A stretch of DNA of 64,000 bases from NCBI GenBank assembly GCA_947311255.1, contig CAMZKL010000016.1, forward strand, positions 30,959 through 94,958, given 5' to 3'. The position numbers and the translations under genes are program-made. Shown in pieces: positions 33,604 to 43,136 of the stretch; position 1 is the first letter of the stretch; each line of letters begins with the position of its first letter. A model generated the notes under the pieces. The model saw nothing but the letters and a program-made list of their open reading frames with translations, was not told the DNA's origin and did not search any database. The stretch is from an uncultured Chlorobiota bacterium (GTDB lineage Bacteria; Bacteroidota; Bacteroidia; Bacteroidales; JAADGE01).

Positions 33604-34644
33604 TTAATTCAAATAGTTTATATAATCGTTTCGCAGAACAGAAGCTGAATTACTGTTCGGTCCGGTGGGGCACATATCTTTATAATATTGATATGTTATA
33701 ATCCTTCGTACATAGTTTGCTGAAATATCTAATTTTTGTTTAAGTGTACTAAAATTTTCGGGCGTGTTGTCGGGTTTAAATGTTTCAATGTCAGCCCAAA
33801 ATGCTCCTTCGTAATTACTGTCCGTATATAATCCTTTATTTGCTGCTTGGAAATATGAGTCTAAGTTGTTAACAGTACAATGATTTACTCCTATTCCGTC
33901 TTGCAACAAAATTAAGTCTAAATTGCAAGATCCCATTCTTTTCATAAATGTTCTGAAAGTGCTTATATCGGTTAAATTTTCATTAAAAAAAACAGTTGTT
34001 GTAACTGGTTTATCACTAATTTCTTTGCAGTAGCTAGAAAGAGGGTTTATTAAATTGTTTTTTAAGATGTTAAAATTGTTTTCGCTGTTATAATAATACG
34101 GCGCAGCTTCATGAGAAATATACCAGCCTGCAAATGCTTTGTTATGTTTAAATGCTTGCCAAATATCATCTGCTAGTTTTTTAGACCTTTGAACATGAAT
34201 GTTTAATTCACTTGTGTTTGTTGTATTGCTCCAAAAGTTTTCATTAAAATATAAGCCCGTAAAAACTTTAATATTATTTTTTTCTGCTGATTTAAATAAG
34301 TTGGACAATGCATTTTCATACTTAATTGTACTGTATGTATTTTCGGAATTTGTCCATAAATATTCATTATAAGCTGTATATTGAATAAAAAGAATTTTTA
34401 TTCCGATTTCTTTCATCTCTTGCATATGTGTATCCCATTGAGAATCTGTCCAACTTGTTTTATTCCAAAAATCAATAAATGTTCCGTTTATATATGCCGA
34501 TGTTGACCCGTTTCCTGCAATAATTGTTGTATCATTTGCCTGTGGTTCAGCTTCGGGATCAATAGGTTTGGGCTTACATGCAAACAAAATTATTACAAGC
34601 ATAGGGAAAATAATATTTTTTTTATGATATAGAAAAGTTAGCAT
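33604..34644 (-). CDS. DUF4434-like TIM-barrel lipoprotein (putative glycoside hydrolase)
   Basis: Lipobox LFAC; INGTFI, W...QEMKEIGIKILFIQ, AFAGWYISHE, LLQDGIG, FWADIETF. Confidence 0.75.
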   Translation of the reverse strand: MLTFLYHKKNIIFPMLVIILFACKPKPIDPEAEPQANDTTIIAGNGSTSAYINGTFIDFWNKTSWTDSQWDTHMQEMKEIGIKILFIQYTAYNEYLWTNSENTYSTIKYENALSNLFKSAEKNNIKVFTGLYFNENFWSNTTNTSELNIHVQRSKKLADDIWQAFKHNKAFAGWYISHEAAPYYYNSENNFNILKNNLINPLSSYCKEISDKPVTTTVFFNENLTDISTFRTFMKRMGSCNLDLILLQDGIGVNHCTVNNLDSYFQAANKGLYTDSNYEGAFWADIETFKPDNTPENFSTLKQKLDISANYVRRIITYQYYKDMCPTGPNSNSASVLRNDYINYLN

Positions 34645-34662
34645 AATGAATGAGTATTTGAT

Positions 34663-34690
34663 AAAAAGGCGGTATAATATTAACCGCCTT
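34663..34690 (-). terminator. Internal hairpin/terminator within the PUL
   Basis: AAGGCGGT-9 nt-ACCGCCTT followed by TTT on the minus strand. Confidence 0.65.
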
Positions 34691-34703
34691 ACATTAAGTT
34701 AAA

Positions 34704-35537
34704 CTACCTGATTATGTTCATTTTCATTGTTTTTGATAAATCGGAAGTTTTTAAAGTATAGAAATAAATACCTGATTTAAGGTTTTCAACATTAATATCA
34801 ACAGTATTATTTCCTGCTGGAAAATTATTGTTAATAGCATCTATTATTTTTTTTCCGGAAATATCATAAATTGAAATATTTACAAAATCGGGTTTTTCCA
34901 ATGTGAATTTTATTGCAGTAAGATAGTTCGCAGGGTTAGGAACATTTTGCGATAAAGTAATTCCGGAATTTTGAATGTCAGTAACATTTGAACCTGCAAG
35001 TTCAATTAAATGAATGTCATCAAGCCAAACAATATTTCCTGTTCCTATTGCTCCAAGTTGAAAAACATAGTTACATTCACCAGTAACATCTGCAACAAAA
35101 GTTTCTTCAAAAGTTTGCGGACTTGTGCCAACGCTTAGAGTACTTGTGTAATAGTTATCCCAAGGGCTGTTAACTTCTTGAATTACTTGTTCAACTGTTA
35201 TGTCGGTATTTGCAACAGCAGTATATTTTACTGTGTAACTTTTTCCGCTTATAAGTCCTCCCGAAATACTTTGTGCAAAGCCAAATTCCCAACTTTCGCC
35301 TCCGCCTCCGGTTAAAGTTATTTTAGCACTGTTTGTTCCTTCAAGAACGCTTGTATTATCTATTTCTGCTGTTCCGTTTGTTTCTCCCCAAACTTCCCAA
35401 TTGTTAAGTGCATCATCAAAAGAATTGTTCAAAAGTATCTCTGTTTGAGAGTTTACGTTTAGATTACTTCCCAAAAAGAAAATCAAAAATAATGATATTG
35501 AGAAGAGCGATTTTAAAAAAGTATTTTTAAGTACCAT
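34704..35537 (-). CDS. CBM4/9-like carbohydrate-binding domain plus T9SS C-terminal sorting domain; no catalytic domain
   Basis: Likely start MVLKNTF at 35537 (signal peptide ending NSQ); LLNNSFDD..W..W, SWEFGFAQ, GKSYTVKY, VWLDDIHL; CTD LSQNVPNP...IYDISGK...SGIYFYTL. Confidence 0.8.
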   Translation of the reverse strand: MVLKNTFLKSLFSISLFLIFFLGSNLNVNSQTEILLNNSFDDALNNWEVWGETNGTAEIDNTSVLEGTNSAKITLTGGGGESWEFGFAQSISGGLISGKSYTVKYTAVANTDITVEQVIQEVNSPWDNYYTSTLSVGTSPQTFEETFVADVTGECNYVFQLGAIGTGNIVWLDDIHLIELAGSNVTDIQNSGITLSQNVPNPANYLTAIKFTLEKPDFVNISIYDISGKKIIDAINNNFPAGNNTVDINVENLKSGIYFYTLKTSDLSKTMKMNIIR

Positions 35538-35562
35538 AATAAAAAAATTTAAAAGTGAATAA

Positions 35563-36675
35563 TTAATTAAAATTTGCTGATGAAATAAAAATTTCATTGC
35601 TTATTGATTGTTTATATGCGTTAAGTGCCTCCGGAGAACTGTCAATTCTAAGAAGTGTTGTTCCAAAGTTTTCATTCCAATATGAAACGGCTTTAATTTC
35701 TGGGTAAAAATTTCCGTTTTCTTTAACAGAATTTAAAGCATTTGTAATCCATTGCGGTTTTTGATGTGCTTCATTATCAACAACTCCCCATTCAAGTATT
35801 GCAATTGGTTTTCCTGTTGCGGAAATTGATTTTACTTCATTCCAACCGTCGTTTAAAATGTTTTGAAATTCGTTCCAATCATCATTTGGTTCTTGTTTTC
35901 CATATACACTGATTCCAATCCAATCTATATAATCGTCACCAGGATAGTATCCTTTCATGTTATTCCAACTTGTTTCAGGATTTGAGTAAATATCAATATG
36001 AAAAAACCATGTTATGTTTATTGCACCTTCATTATTACAAATGTCAATTATGTGTCTGTATGCATCTCTGAAACGTTCCATTCCGTCGTATAGATTATTG
36101 GCTCCGTATTCATTTTTTGTGTTTCTTCCGTTATATTCTGCATTCCAAGGAAACCAATCTCCGTTAACTTCGGTGCCGAATTCAACGAGCAAAGGGATTT
36201 TTGTGTTTTTTGCTTCTTTTGCCCAAAGTTTTAGGTCGTTATCAAAGTTTCCGTCAATAAATTTTTGCATTGTGTAAACCGGGTCTGGTCCTCCTTCGTT
36301 GAAATTTGACCTTGGCATCATTCTTATAAAAGGTATTCTTCCTAAATTATGAATGACAGAAACTTCCTGGGAGGGAAATTTAATTCCCCCTTTTTCAGAA
36401 GTCCAATTGTTTGAAAAATAAACCCAAGTTAATTGTTTGTTTGCTAATGTTTCAAAATCTGTAATTCTGTTTTGTGTAACAATATCTTCTGTTCCGCCTA
36501 AATCCGGAAAAGCAGAATGATATATTTTATTATTTTCGGGTATTGCCAATTTCATTCCTGTTAAGTCTGTTGTGTCACCTTCAACAGGTTTAATTGGTTC
36601 CGGTCCTTTGCAAGAAGAATTTGCAAAAAGGAAAAAACTTATTGTTATGAATAAATATTTTGTTTTATTTTTCAT
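35563..36675 (-). CDS. GH26-like glycoside hydrolase lipoprotein
   Basis: Lipobox NSSC; EFGTEVNGDWFPW (acid/base region), YYPGDDYIDWIGISVY, KPIAILEWGV (nucleophile region). Confidence 0.82.
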   Translation of the reverse strand: MKNKTKYLFITISFFLFANSSCKGPEPIKPVEGDTTDLTGMKLAIPENNKIYHSAFPDLGGTEDIVTQNRITDFETLANKQLTWVYFSNNWTSEKGGIKFPSQEVSVIHNLGRIPFIRMMPRSNFNEGGPDPVYTMQKFIDGNFDNDLKLWAKEAKNTKIPLLVEFGTEVNGDWFPWNAEYNGRNTKNEYGANNLYDGMERFRDAYRHIIDICNNEGAINITWFFHIDIYSNPETSWNNMKGYYPGDDYIDWIGISVYGKQEPNDDWNEFQNILNDGWNEVKSISATGKPIAILEWGVVDNEAHQKPQWITNALNSVKENGNFYPEIKAVSYWNENFGTTLLRIDSSPEALNAYKQSISNEIFISSANFN

Positions 36676-36678
36676 TTT

Positions 36679-38292
36679 TTATTGAGAGAATGATGCATTT
36701 GAAATAAATAATGAATTGTTTACGGCATTTCTATATGCGTTTTTTGCCGAATTTGATGAATTTATTTTTAAGTTAACATTAAAACCGTTATCATTAAAGT
36801 TTTCGTGCCACCAGCACATTGCATCAATGTCTTCTGCATATGTTCCGTTAGGTCCTACTGCATTGTATGCATCTGTAATCCATTGAGATTTGTTGCCTAA
36901 TGAGGGATAATCTATAACACCCATTTCAAGAACAGCAATGGGTTTGCCTGAATTTGAAATTGATGATATTTCTGCCCAATTATCATTCAGCATATTTTCA
37001 AAAGACCACCAACCGTCATTTGTATCTTGCGGTCCGTAAACACTAAGTCCAATCCAATCAATATAATCATCGCCAGGATAATAATCTTTCATTTTGTTCC
37101 AGCTTACTTGGGGGTCGTTGTCTGCATTTACATGAAAAAACCAAGTTACATTATTAACACCTCTTGAATTAAAAATGTCAATAATATGTCTGTATGCATC
37201 TCTAAAACGTTCAGCTCCGTCATATTTGTCAGGATTTCCGTATCCTGTTTTGTTATTTTTACCATTCCATTTTGCATTCCAAGGAAACCAATCTCCGTTA
37301 CATTCTGTTCCAAATTCAATAAGCAAAGGATATTCCACAGCTTTTGCATTGTCAGCCCATTGTTCTAATTCTGCATCAAAGTTACCGTCTATAAAAGCTT
37401 GCATTGTGTAAACAGGGTCGGGAGTATCTTCATCTTCATTTCTTGGCATTATTCTGATAAACGGTACTTTTCCTGCATTATGAATAATATTTACTTCTGA
37501 TTGCGGAAAGTGTATTCCGTCAAACCAATTGTCTGAAAAGTATGCCCATGTAATATCTTTGTTTGCAAGGTTTTCAAAGTTACTGATTTTATTTGCAGAA
37601 ACTTCATCTTCAAAACCTCCGAAATTTGTGTATGCCGAATGATAAATATGTGTTCCGCTTGGTTCTAAAAGTTTTGTTCCCGTTTGCTGGTTTTGTGTTT
37701 TTATTTCAATAACTAAATAATCTAAATTGCTGTTTTCGTTTGCATTATTAGATTTATACATTAATCTTATTTCTCCGTTTGATGATTTAATAAAGTTATT
37801 TGAAGTTTTTGTCCACTCATTGCTTGACCATTTCCAATCTTGTGCAAATGTATTTTTGCCGAGAGTTACCCATTTGTTGGTTGAAAAATTTCTTATTTTC
37901 CAATACCATTTTTGACTGTTGTATTTTCTTCCTTTGTAGTTTGTTTTTACTTTTATTTCTACAACTTCACTTTTGTCTATATCATCAGGTAAATAAAAAT
38001 ATATGTATCCTTGATAACGTTGACTGTTTGGTTGAAAATCAATATATTTGTTCCAATTATCTTGTGTTCCTGATTGGTCTTTTGTGTTTAATTTGCTTAA
38101 AGGTGCATCTTGCCAATATCCTTTGCTGTTTGTTATATGGTCGACATATAAAGTATGAGTAATACTTTTATCGGCAGTAATTATCGGAGAATTATCGGGT
38201 GTTATAGATTTTTTTTGAATTATGTTTTCTTTTTTGCAAGAAAATGCAAACATAATTATTAAAATAAATGTAAATTGTTTTAAATTTTTCAT
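36679..38292 (-). CDS. GH26-like glycoside hydrolase lipoprotein with an extra N-terminal Trp-rich beta-sandwich-like domain
   Basis: Lipobox AFSC; EFGTECNGDWFPW, YYPGDDYIDWIGLSVY, KPIAVLEMGV; ~150 aa N-terminal module ending LDYLVIEI. Confidence 0.82.
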   Translation of the reverse strand: MKNLKQFTFILIIMFAFSCKKENIIQKKSITPDNSPIITADKSITHTLYVDHITNSKGYWQDAPLSKLNTKDQSGTQDNWNKYIDFQPNSQRYQGYIYFYLPDDIDKSEVVEIKVKTNYKGRKYNSQKWYWKIRNFSTNKWVTLGKNTFAQDWKWSSNEWTKTSNNFIKSSNGEIRLMYKSNNANENSNLDYLVIEIKTQNQQTGTKLLEPSGTHIYHSAYTNFGGFEDEVSANKISNFENLANKDITWAYFSDNWFDGIHFPQSEVNIIHNAGKVPFIRIMPRNEDEDTPDPVYTMQAFIDGNFDAELEQWADNAKAVEYPLLIEFGTECNGDWFPWNAKWNGKNNKTGYGNPDKYDGAERFRDAYRHIIDIFNSRGVNNVTWFFHVNADNDPQVSWNKMKDYYPGDDYIDWIGLSVYGPQDTNDGWWSFENMLNDNWAEISSISNSGKPIAVLEMGVIDYPSLGNKSQWITDAYNAVGPNGTYAEDIDAMCWWHENFNDNGFNVNLKINSSNSAKNAYRNAVNNSLFISNASFSQ

Positions 38293-38304
38293 AACTTTTA
38301 TTTA

Positions 38305-41169
38305 TTATTGATATTTATCTTGAACAATAAAAGGTTGTTTCCCTTCTAAATCTTCTTTTGAAAATTTTGCAGTTATAGTTTTTTCTTCTCCCGGTAAAAG
38401 GATTAAAAAGTTGTCAGACCAAAATGTCGGTAAAACTTCTTCTCCATTTTTTCCTTTTGTTATCATTAATCTTTTCATAAAAGCAAGTTTTTTACTTGTA
38501 TTTTTAACTATAACAGTTGCCATAATTTCATTTTCTTCGTCTTTAAGAGTTGATTTTATAACTAAGTTAACATTTTCAAGATTTGCTAAATCCGTAAAAT
38601 CTACTCTTTTTGAGAGTTCTTTACTGTCAAGCCTTGCACGTTTTAAAGCTGCATAAACTTTTTTGTCAAGTTTGTTGCTTTCGGGAGCAAACCAATAGAA
38701 ATTGTCGGATAAAATGTTGTTTTTGTCGTCTTTCAGAATTAATTTTACAAAATATGTTGATTTTATATTTTGTGGTTTTTTTACAGAAAATACTTCTGTA
38801 TATTTATTTTCTTCTATGTTTAAATTTTCTTCTTTTTCAGAAATTACATTTAAATTAAAATCATAAACTTTAACAGATACTTTTAAGTTTTTATATTGCT
38901 TGTATGTTGCATTAATAACAGAAACTTTAAAATTATTTTCATTTAGTTGAATATGAAGTGGTTCCATTGCTTTTTTTGCAAAATAATATGCCGAAGTAGG
39001 GTTTAAATACCAATCGTAAAGTTGCCAAACAACAGTAGGCCATGTTGAATTAAGTTTCCATAACATTACTCCGCTTGTAATGTCCCACATTCTGTGATTT
39101 GCAGCTTCGTACATTGCTCTGTAACTTGCAGCATTAATATATTGTGCATTTTTTATATATTCTTGAGCGGTTTTTGGTTTTCCGTATCGTGAGCGTAAAG
39201 CAACATCGTATGCTCTGTACACATATCCGTCATCGTCCCATGCTCCGTGATGTGCCCATTTTTTATTCAAAGGATAAATGTCTGTTTTTTCTGATTTTTC
39301 AATATCATTAATAAACTTTTTCATGCTCGTGTATGTAGGAACGGAAGGTACACCGAGTTCATCTCTGAACATTTGTTGTTTAACAGATAAAACCATATCG
39401 TAATAATACTTGTGAGGGTACCATGTGTAGTCGGGAGCACCGTCGTCGGTTATACCTAATGGTAGATCTTCTTTCATATAGGGGGTTAATTTGTCAACAT
39501 CCCAGTCGTAGCTGGAAGTTGGGACAAATTCTCCTGTAGGATGATTTTGTTTTAGAAGTTTTTTTACAGGGTTATATATTTCTTCTCTAACGATTGTTTC
39601 GCATTGAAGCGTCCAAAGAGATAGGGAAGGGTGGTTTCTGTATCTTTTAATAATATCGTCGGCATTACTTATCGCTAAATCGGCATCTTTAGGGTTTGCA
39701 AATGATGCTGTTCCTGGGTAAGATGTCCAACACTGGAAGAATGTTTCCCACATCATAAGTCCGTATTTATCATATGTTTCCATGACATATTCGGGAGGCG
39801 AAGGCATATCTTCATTTGCAATCATTACAACATTTGCGTTTGCCAAAAGTCTTGCTTCATTGTACATTCTTTTTGGGTTCATATTAAGCATCATATCTGG
39901 TTGTAACCATCCGCCTCTAGCAAATATCTTTTTCCCGTTTACCCAAAATATTCTCCCGAATTCACCGTCAATTTCTTTTAATGTATTTGTAAGTTCTCTG
40001 ATGCCGAATGTTGTTTCGCTTATATCGGAAATTTTTTTGTTTTTAATAAATTCCAATTTTAATTTATGAAGGTTTTGATTTCCGTAACCGTTTGGCCACC
40101 AAAGCAAGGGGTTTTTAATACTTAATTGTGGAAAGTCATTGTAATCAACACTTACGGTTATTGTTTTGTTTGCAGGAATTTCAACTTGTTTTTCGAAAGT
40201 TATTGTTTTAAAATTACCTTTCATTTTTTTCTTATAGCTGTAAAAATCAACTTCTTTTACAAAATCAATTGTTCCTTTTATTTTTCCTTTAACAGGTTTG
40301 TTAGAAGTATTAATAAGTTCGGCACTAATTGTTAAGTCTGCTTTTGTTGTGTCCGGCAGGTTAAGTTTTGTAATAATATACGGGTTTGTAATATCAACAT
40401 CATTTGTAAATGTTAAAAATACATCTTGATAGATACCCATATTTCTGTCTCTTACAACGGGAGCACAATCCCATCCGGCAGAAAATTTAAGAGTTGCATC
40501 TTTAAATATTTCTGTTCCCCAACCTCTTTGAGGTCCGAAAACTTCTAATTGAGCACCCGGATATGGAGTTCCGATGTTATCAACTTGATAAATTTTTACG
40601 GCAAGTATATTTTTTTTATCTTTATTTACATAATCAGTAATGTTAAATTTGTATCTTTTAAACATTCCGACCATATTTTTTGCATTGGTTAGTTGTTTTC
40701 CGTTAATCCAAACGTCTGCTCTGTAATTTATTCCGTCAAAATTTAACCAAATATTATTGTTTGTGTTTTCTTTTTCGATATTAAATTCAGTTCTGAACCA
40801 ATAGGGGTTTTTAAAAGGATTCGGATGGTTTTTGATATGTGAATATTTTTCTAAATTTAAGCGTTTGTTTAAAGAGTCGGAAGCATCAGGAATAAGGAAA
40901 TTGTTTAAATCAAAATGCGGATCGGGGTAAATATTTGCATTAACAAGAGCTCGTAAAACTGTTGTAGGGACTTCCACGTTTAACCATTTTTCATCTTTAA
41001 ATTGCGGTGTGGAAATTTCTTTATCTTTTTCTGGTATTTTTAGTGATGATATTAATTTCCAATCTTTTAGAAATTGTTTTTTGAAGATGTCTTTATTTTT
41101 GTTATCTTTATTGCAAGAGAAGAAAGATAATAATATGATTATTAATATGTTAATTTTTATATTTTTCAT
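38305..41169 (-). CDS. GH2 lipoprotein, exo-beta-D-glucosaminidase (CsxA)/beta-mannosidase-like
   Basis: VPTTVL, WLNFDGINYRADVWING, RDRNMGIYQDV, LWWPNGYG, RYRNHPS, GVMLWKLNSTWP...WQLYDWY...AKKAMEPLHIQ, WSDNFLILLPGE. Confidence 0.85.
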   Translation of the reverse strand: MKNIKINILIIILLSFFSCNKDNKNKDIFKKQFLKDWKLISSLKIPEKDKEISTPQFKDEKWLNVEVPTTVLRALVNANIYPDPHFDLNNFLIPDASDSLNKRLNLEKYSHIKNHPNPFKNPYWFRTEFNIEKENTNNNIWLNFDGINYRADVWINGKQLTNAKNMVGMFKRYKFNITDYVNKDKKNILAVKIYQVDNIGTPYPGAQLEVFGPQRGWGTEIFKDATLKFSAGWDCAPVVRDRNMGIYQDVFLTFTNDVDITNPYIITKLNLPDTTKADLTISAELINTSNKPVKGKIKGTIDFVKEVDFYSYKKKMKGNFKTITFEKQVEIPANKTITVSVDYNDFPQLSIKNPLLWWPNGYGNQNLHKLKLEFIKNKKISDISETTFGIRELTNTLKEIDGEFGRIFWVNGKKIFARGGWLQPDMMLNMNPKRMYNEARLLANANVVMIANEDMPSPPEYVMETYDKYGLMMWETFFQCWTSYPGTASFANPKDADLAISNADDIIKRYRNHPSLSLWTLQCETIVREEIYNPVKKLLKQNHPTGEFVPTSSYDWDVDKLTPYMKEDLPLGITDDGAPDYTWYPHKYYYDMVLSVKQQMFRDELGVPSVPTYTSMKKFINDIEKSEKTDIYPLNKKWAHHGAWDDDGYVYRAYDVALRSRYGKPKTAQEYIKNAQYINAASYRAMYEAANHRMWDITSGVMLWKLNSTWPTVVWQLYDWYLNPTSAYYFAKKAMEPLHIQLNENNFKVSVINATYKQYKNLKVSVKVYDFNLNVISEKEENLNIEENKYTEVFSVKKPQNIKSTYFVKLILKDDKNNILSDNFYWFAPESNKLDKKVYAALKRARLDSKELSKRVDFTDLANLENVNLVIKSTLKDEENEIMATVIVKNTSKKLAFMKRLMITKGKNGEEVLPTFWSDNFLILLPGEEKTITAKFSKEDLEGKQPFIVQDKYQ

Positions 41170-41184
41170 TTTGTGTTTTATTAT

Positions 41185-42069
41185 TTATAAAGCTAATGCT
41201 GCTGCACCGATAAAGCCGGCATAGTCTCCGAGTTCTGCAAAAACAATTTTTATTTTTTGTGCAGGGACTTCACAAATGTTTTTTAATAATTGTTTTTCGG
41301 TATGTTTTAAAAAGAATTTTCCAGCATTAGAAATTGAGCCTCCTAATATTACAATTTCAGGGTCTAAAATATTTATGCTCCATGCCATTGCATAAGCTAA
41401 ATGTTCTCCGAATATTTTCCAAGTTTCCAAGGCATCTTTATCATTATTTTCGGCAAGTTTAAAAATTTCGACAGATTCCATGTCTTTTCCCGACACGGAT
41501 TTGTAAATTTTTGAAACGCCTTTTCCTGAGATGTAATCTTCAATTATTCCAGATTTGTACGGAGAAATCCAAATTTCACCAGCAGTTTGGGTTGCACCAT
41601 TTAGAATTTTACCGTTAATAATTACTGCAGCTCCAAAACCTGTTCCCAAAGTAAAACCTAATACATTTTTTTTGGATTTTCCTGCTCCGAAAATAGTTTC
41701 GCCGAATATTAAGCAATTAGCATCATTATTAATAAATACTTTTGTATTAAAATAATTTGCAATTGTATGTTGTAACGGAAAATAATTCATGGTAGGAAGT
41801 TGTGGACATTCCAGAATTATTCCTGTTTTTATGTCCAAAGGACCTGTTGTTCCGATTCCAATTCCGGCAATATTGTTTATGTTAACTTCTAATCTGTCAA
41901 AAATAGTTTCAATACTTGACGTTATTCTTTGAATAATTCTTTCAGATGGGTCATGCCCGTCGGTCGGAATCTTAACAGGAACGCATAAAACTTTACCTTT
42001 TTCGGATATTGCACCTGTCATAATTTTAGTTCCGCCTAAATCAACTCCTATGTATATTTTTTTTGCCAT
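41185..42069 (-). CDS. ROK family sugar kinase
   Basis: IGVDLGGTKI, GIGIGTTGP, INNDANC, TLGTGFGAA, AGEI, LGGSIS, AGFIGAA; no HTH domain. Confidence 0.92.
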   Translation of the reverse strand: MAKKIYIGVDLGGTKIMTGAISEKGKVLCVPVKIPTDGHDPSERIIQRITSSIETIFDRLEVNINNIAGIGIGTTGPLDIKTGIILECPQLPTMNYFPLQHTIANYFNTKVFINNDANCLIFGETIFGAGKSKKNVLGFTLGTGFGAAVIINGKILNGATQTAGEIWISPYKSGIIEDYISGKGVSKIYKSVSGKDMESVEIFKLAENNDKDALETWKIFGEHLAYAMAWSINILDPEIVILGGSISNAGKFFLKHTEKQLLKNICEVPAQKIKIVFAELGDYAGFIGAAALAL

Positions 42070-42083
42070 ATTAAGGTTTTTGT

Positions 42084-43136
42084 TTATTCAACAGCTGTTA
42101 CTTTTGCTCCGTGTGAAAAACTGCCGGCTTCAAATCCTTTATTTTTTGCATATTCATCAATATAAAGCTGAATGGGTATTATACTTTCAATTGAAAATAA
42201 GAATTCATCTTGTTCCGGTATATTTAAGATTTTTATTTTATTGTTTGAGATATTTATTTCTGAATTAGTAATAATTAAAACTTTGCCTCCGAAGTTTGCA
42301 ATATCTTTTGCCATTTTTAGGTTTTGCTCAAAAGTTTTTCCTTTTGGAATAAATATTATTGTTTTTACACCTTCTTGAACCATTTCTATGGGGCCGTGTC
42401 TGAATTCTCCACCGAAATATCCGGTTGCCGCAACTTTAATGGCTTCTTTAAACATTAGACTGCTTTGCATTGCGGAAGCATAGGCAGGTCCTCTTGCAAT
42501 TATTTGTATTGTTTCTATGTTGCCGAAAAAATAAATGTGTTTTGAAATGTTTTTTTGATAAAAATTAATTCTTTCTTCAACATCAATAATTAATTTTTTG
42601 ATTTTTTTAATTTTACTGTCATTCCATTCATCATTTATGTACCATGCAAAGATGTATGTTACAAGAAGTATTGAAACAAATGTTTTTGTTGATGTCATTT
42701 TTTCCTGTCCTGCATTACTGTACAATGTATAATCTGATTTTTTGTCAAGAGTACTGTTTTTGGTATTTGTAATTCCTAAACATTTAACTTTTTTAGGAAT
42801 ATTTTTTAATATTTCAACGACTTCGTAGCTTTCTCCTGATTGAGAAAAGCAAACGAGAAGTGTTTCCTTATTAAGCACTTGAAAATTATAATGTAATAAT
42901 TCGCCGGCATTAATTACAAAAGTACTTATTCCCATTTTGCTGAATATATTTGATGCTGCAAAAGATGTGAAATAAGAACTTCCCATTCCCGTAAAAATTA
43001 TTTGCTCAAATTCATTGTTTCTCAGCATTCTTTTCAGTGCGGATAAAGTTTTTAAATTATCTTCATTTAAATACAGTTTTAGTGTATTTTCTAATGCTTT
43101 CGGTTGTTCTGTAATTTCTTTTAAAAATAAGTTCAT
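42084..43136 (-). CDS. Stand-alone double-SIS protein of the GlmS isomerase-domain type (putative hexosamine-6-phosphate deaminase/isomerase)
   Basis: KEITEQP, GMGSSY, SQSGES, TSTKTF, FKE...GEFRHGPIEM; no glutaminase domain; start MNLFLKEI at 43136 overlaps the upstream stop (TAATG). Confidence 0.85.
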   Translation of the reverse strand: MNLFLKEITEQPKALENTLKLYLNEDNLKTLSALKRMLRNNEFEQIIFTGMGSSYFTSFAASNIFSKMGISTFVINAGELLHYNFQVLNKETLLVCFSQSGESYEVVEILKNIPKKVKCLGITNTKNSTLDKKSDYTLYSNAGQEKMTSTKTFVSILLVTYIFAWYINDEWNDSKIKKIKKLIIDVEERINFYQKNISKHIYFFGNIETIQIIARGPAYASAMQSSLMFKEAIKVAATGYFGGEFRHGPIEMVQEGVKTIIFIPKGKTFEQNLKMAKDIANFGGKVLIITNSEINISNNKIKILNIPEQDEFLFSIESIIPIQLYIDEYAKNKGFEAGSFSHGAKVTAVE

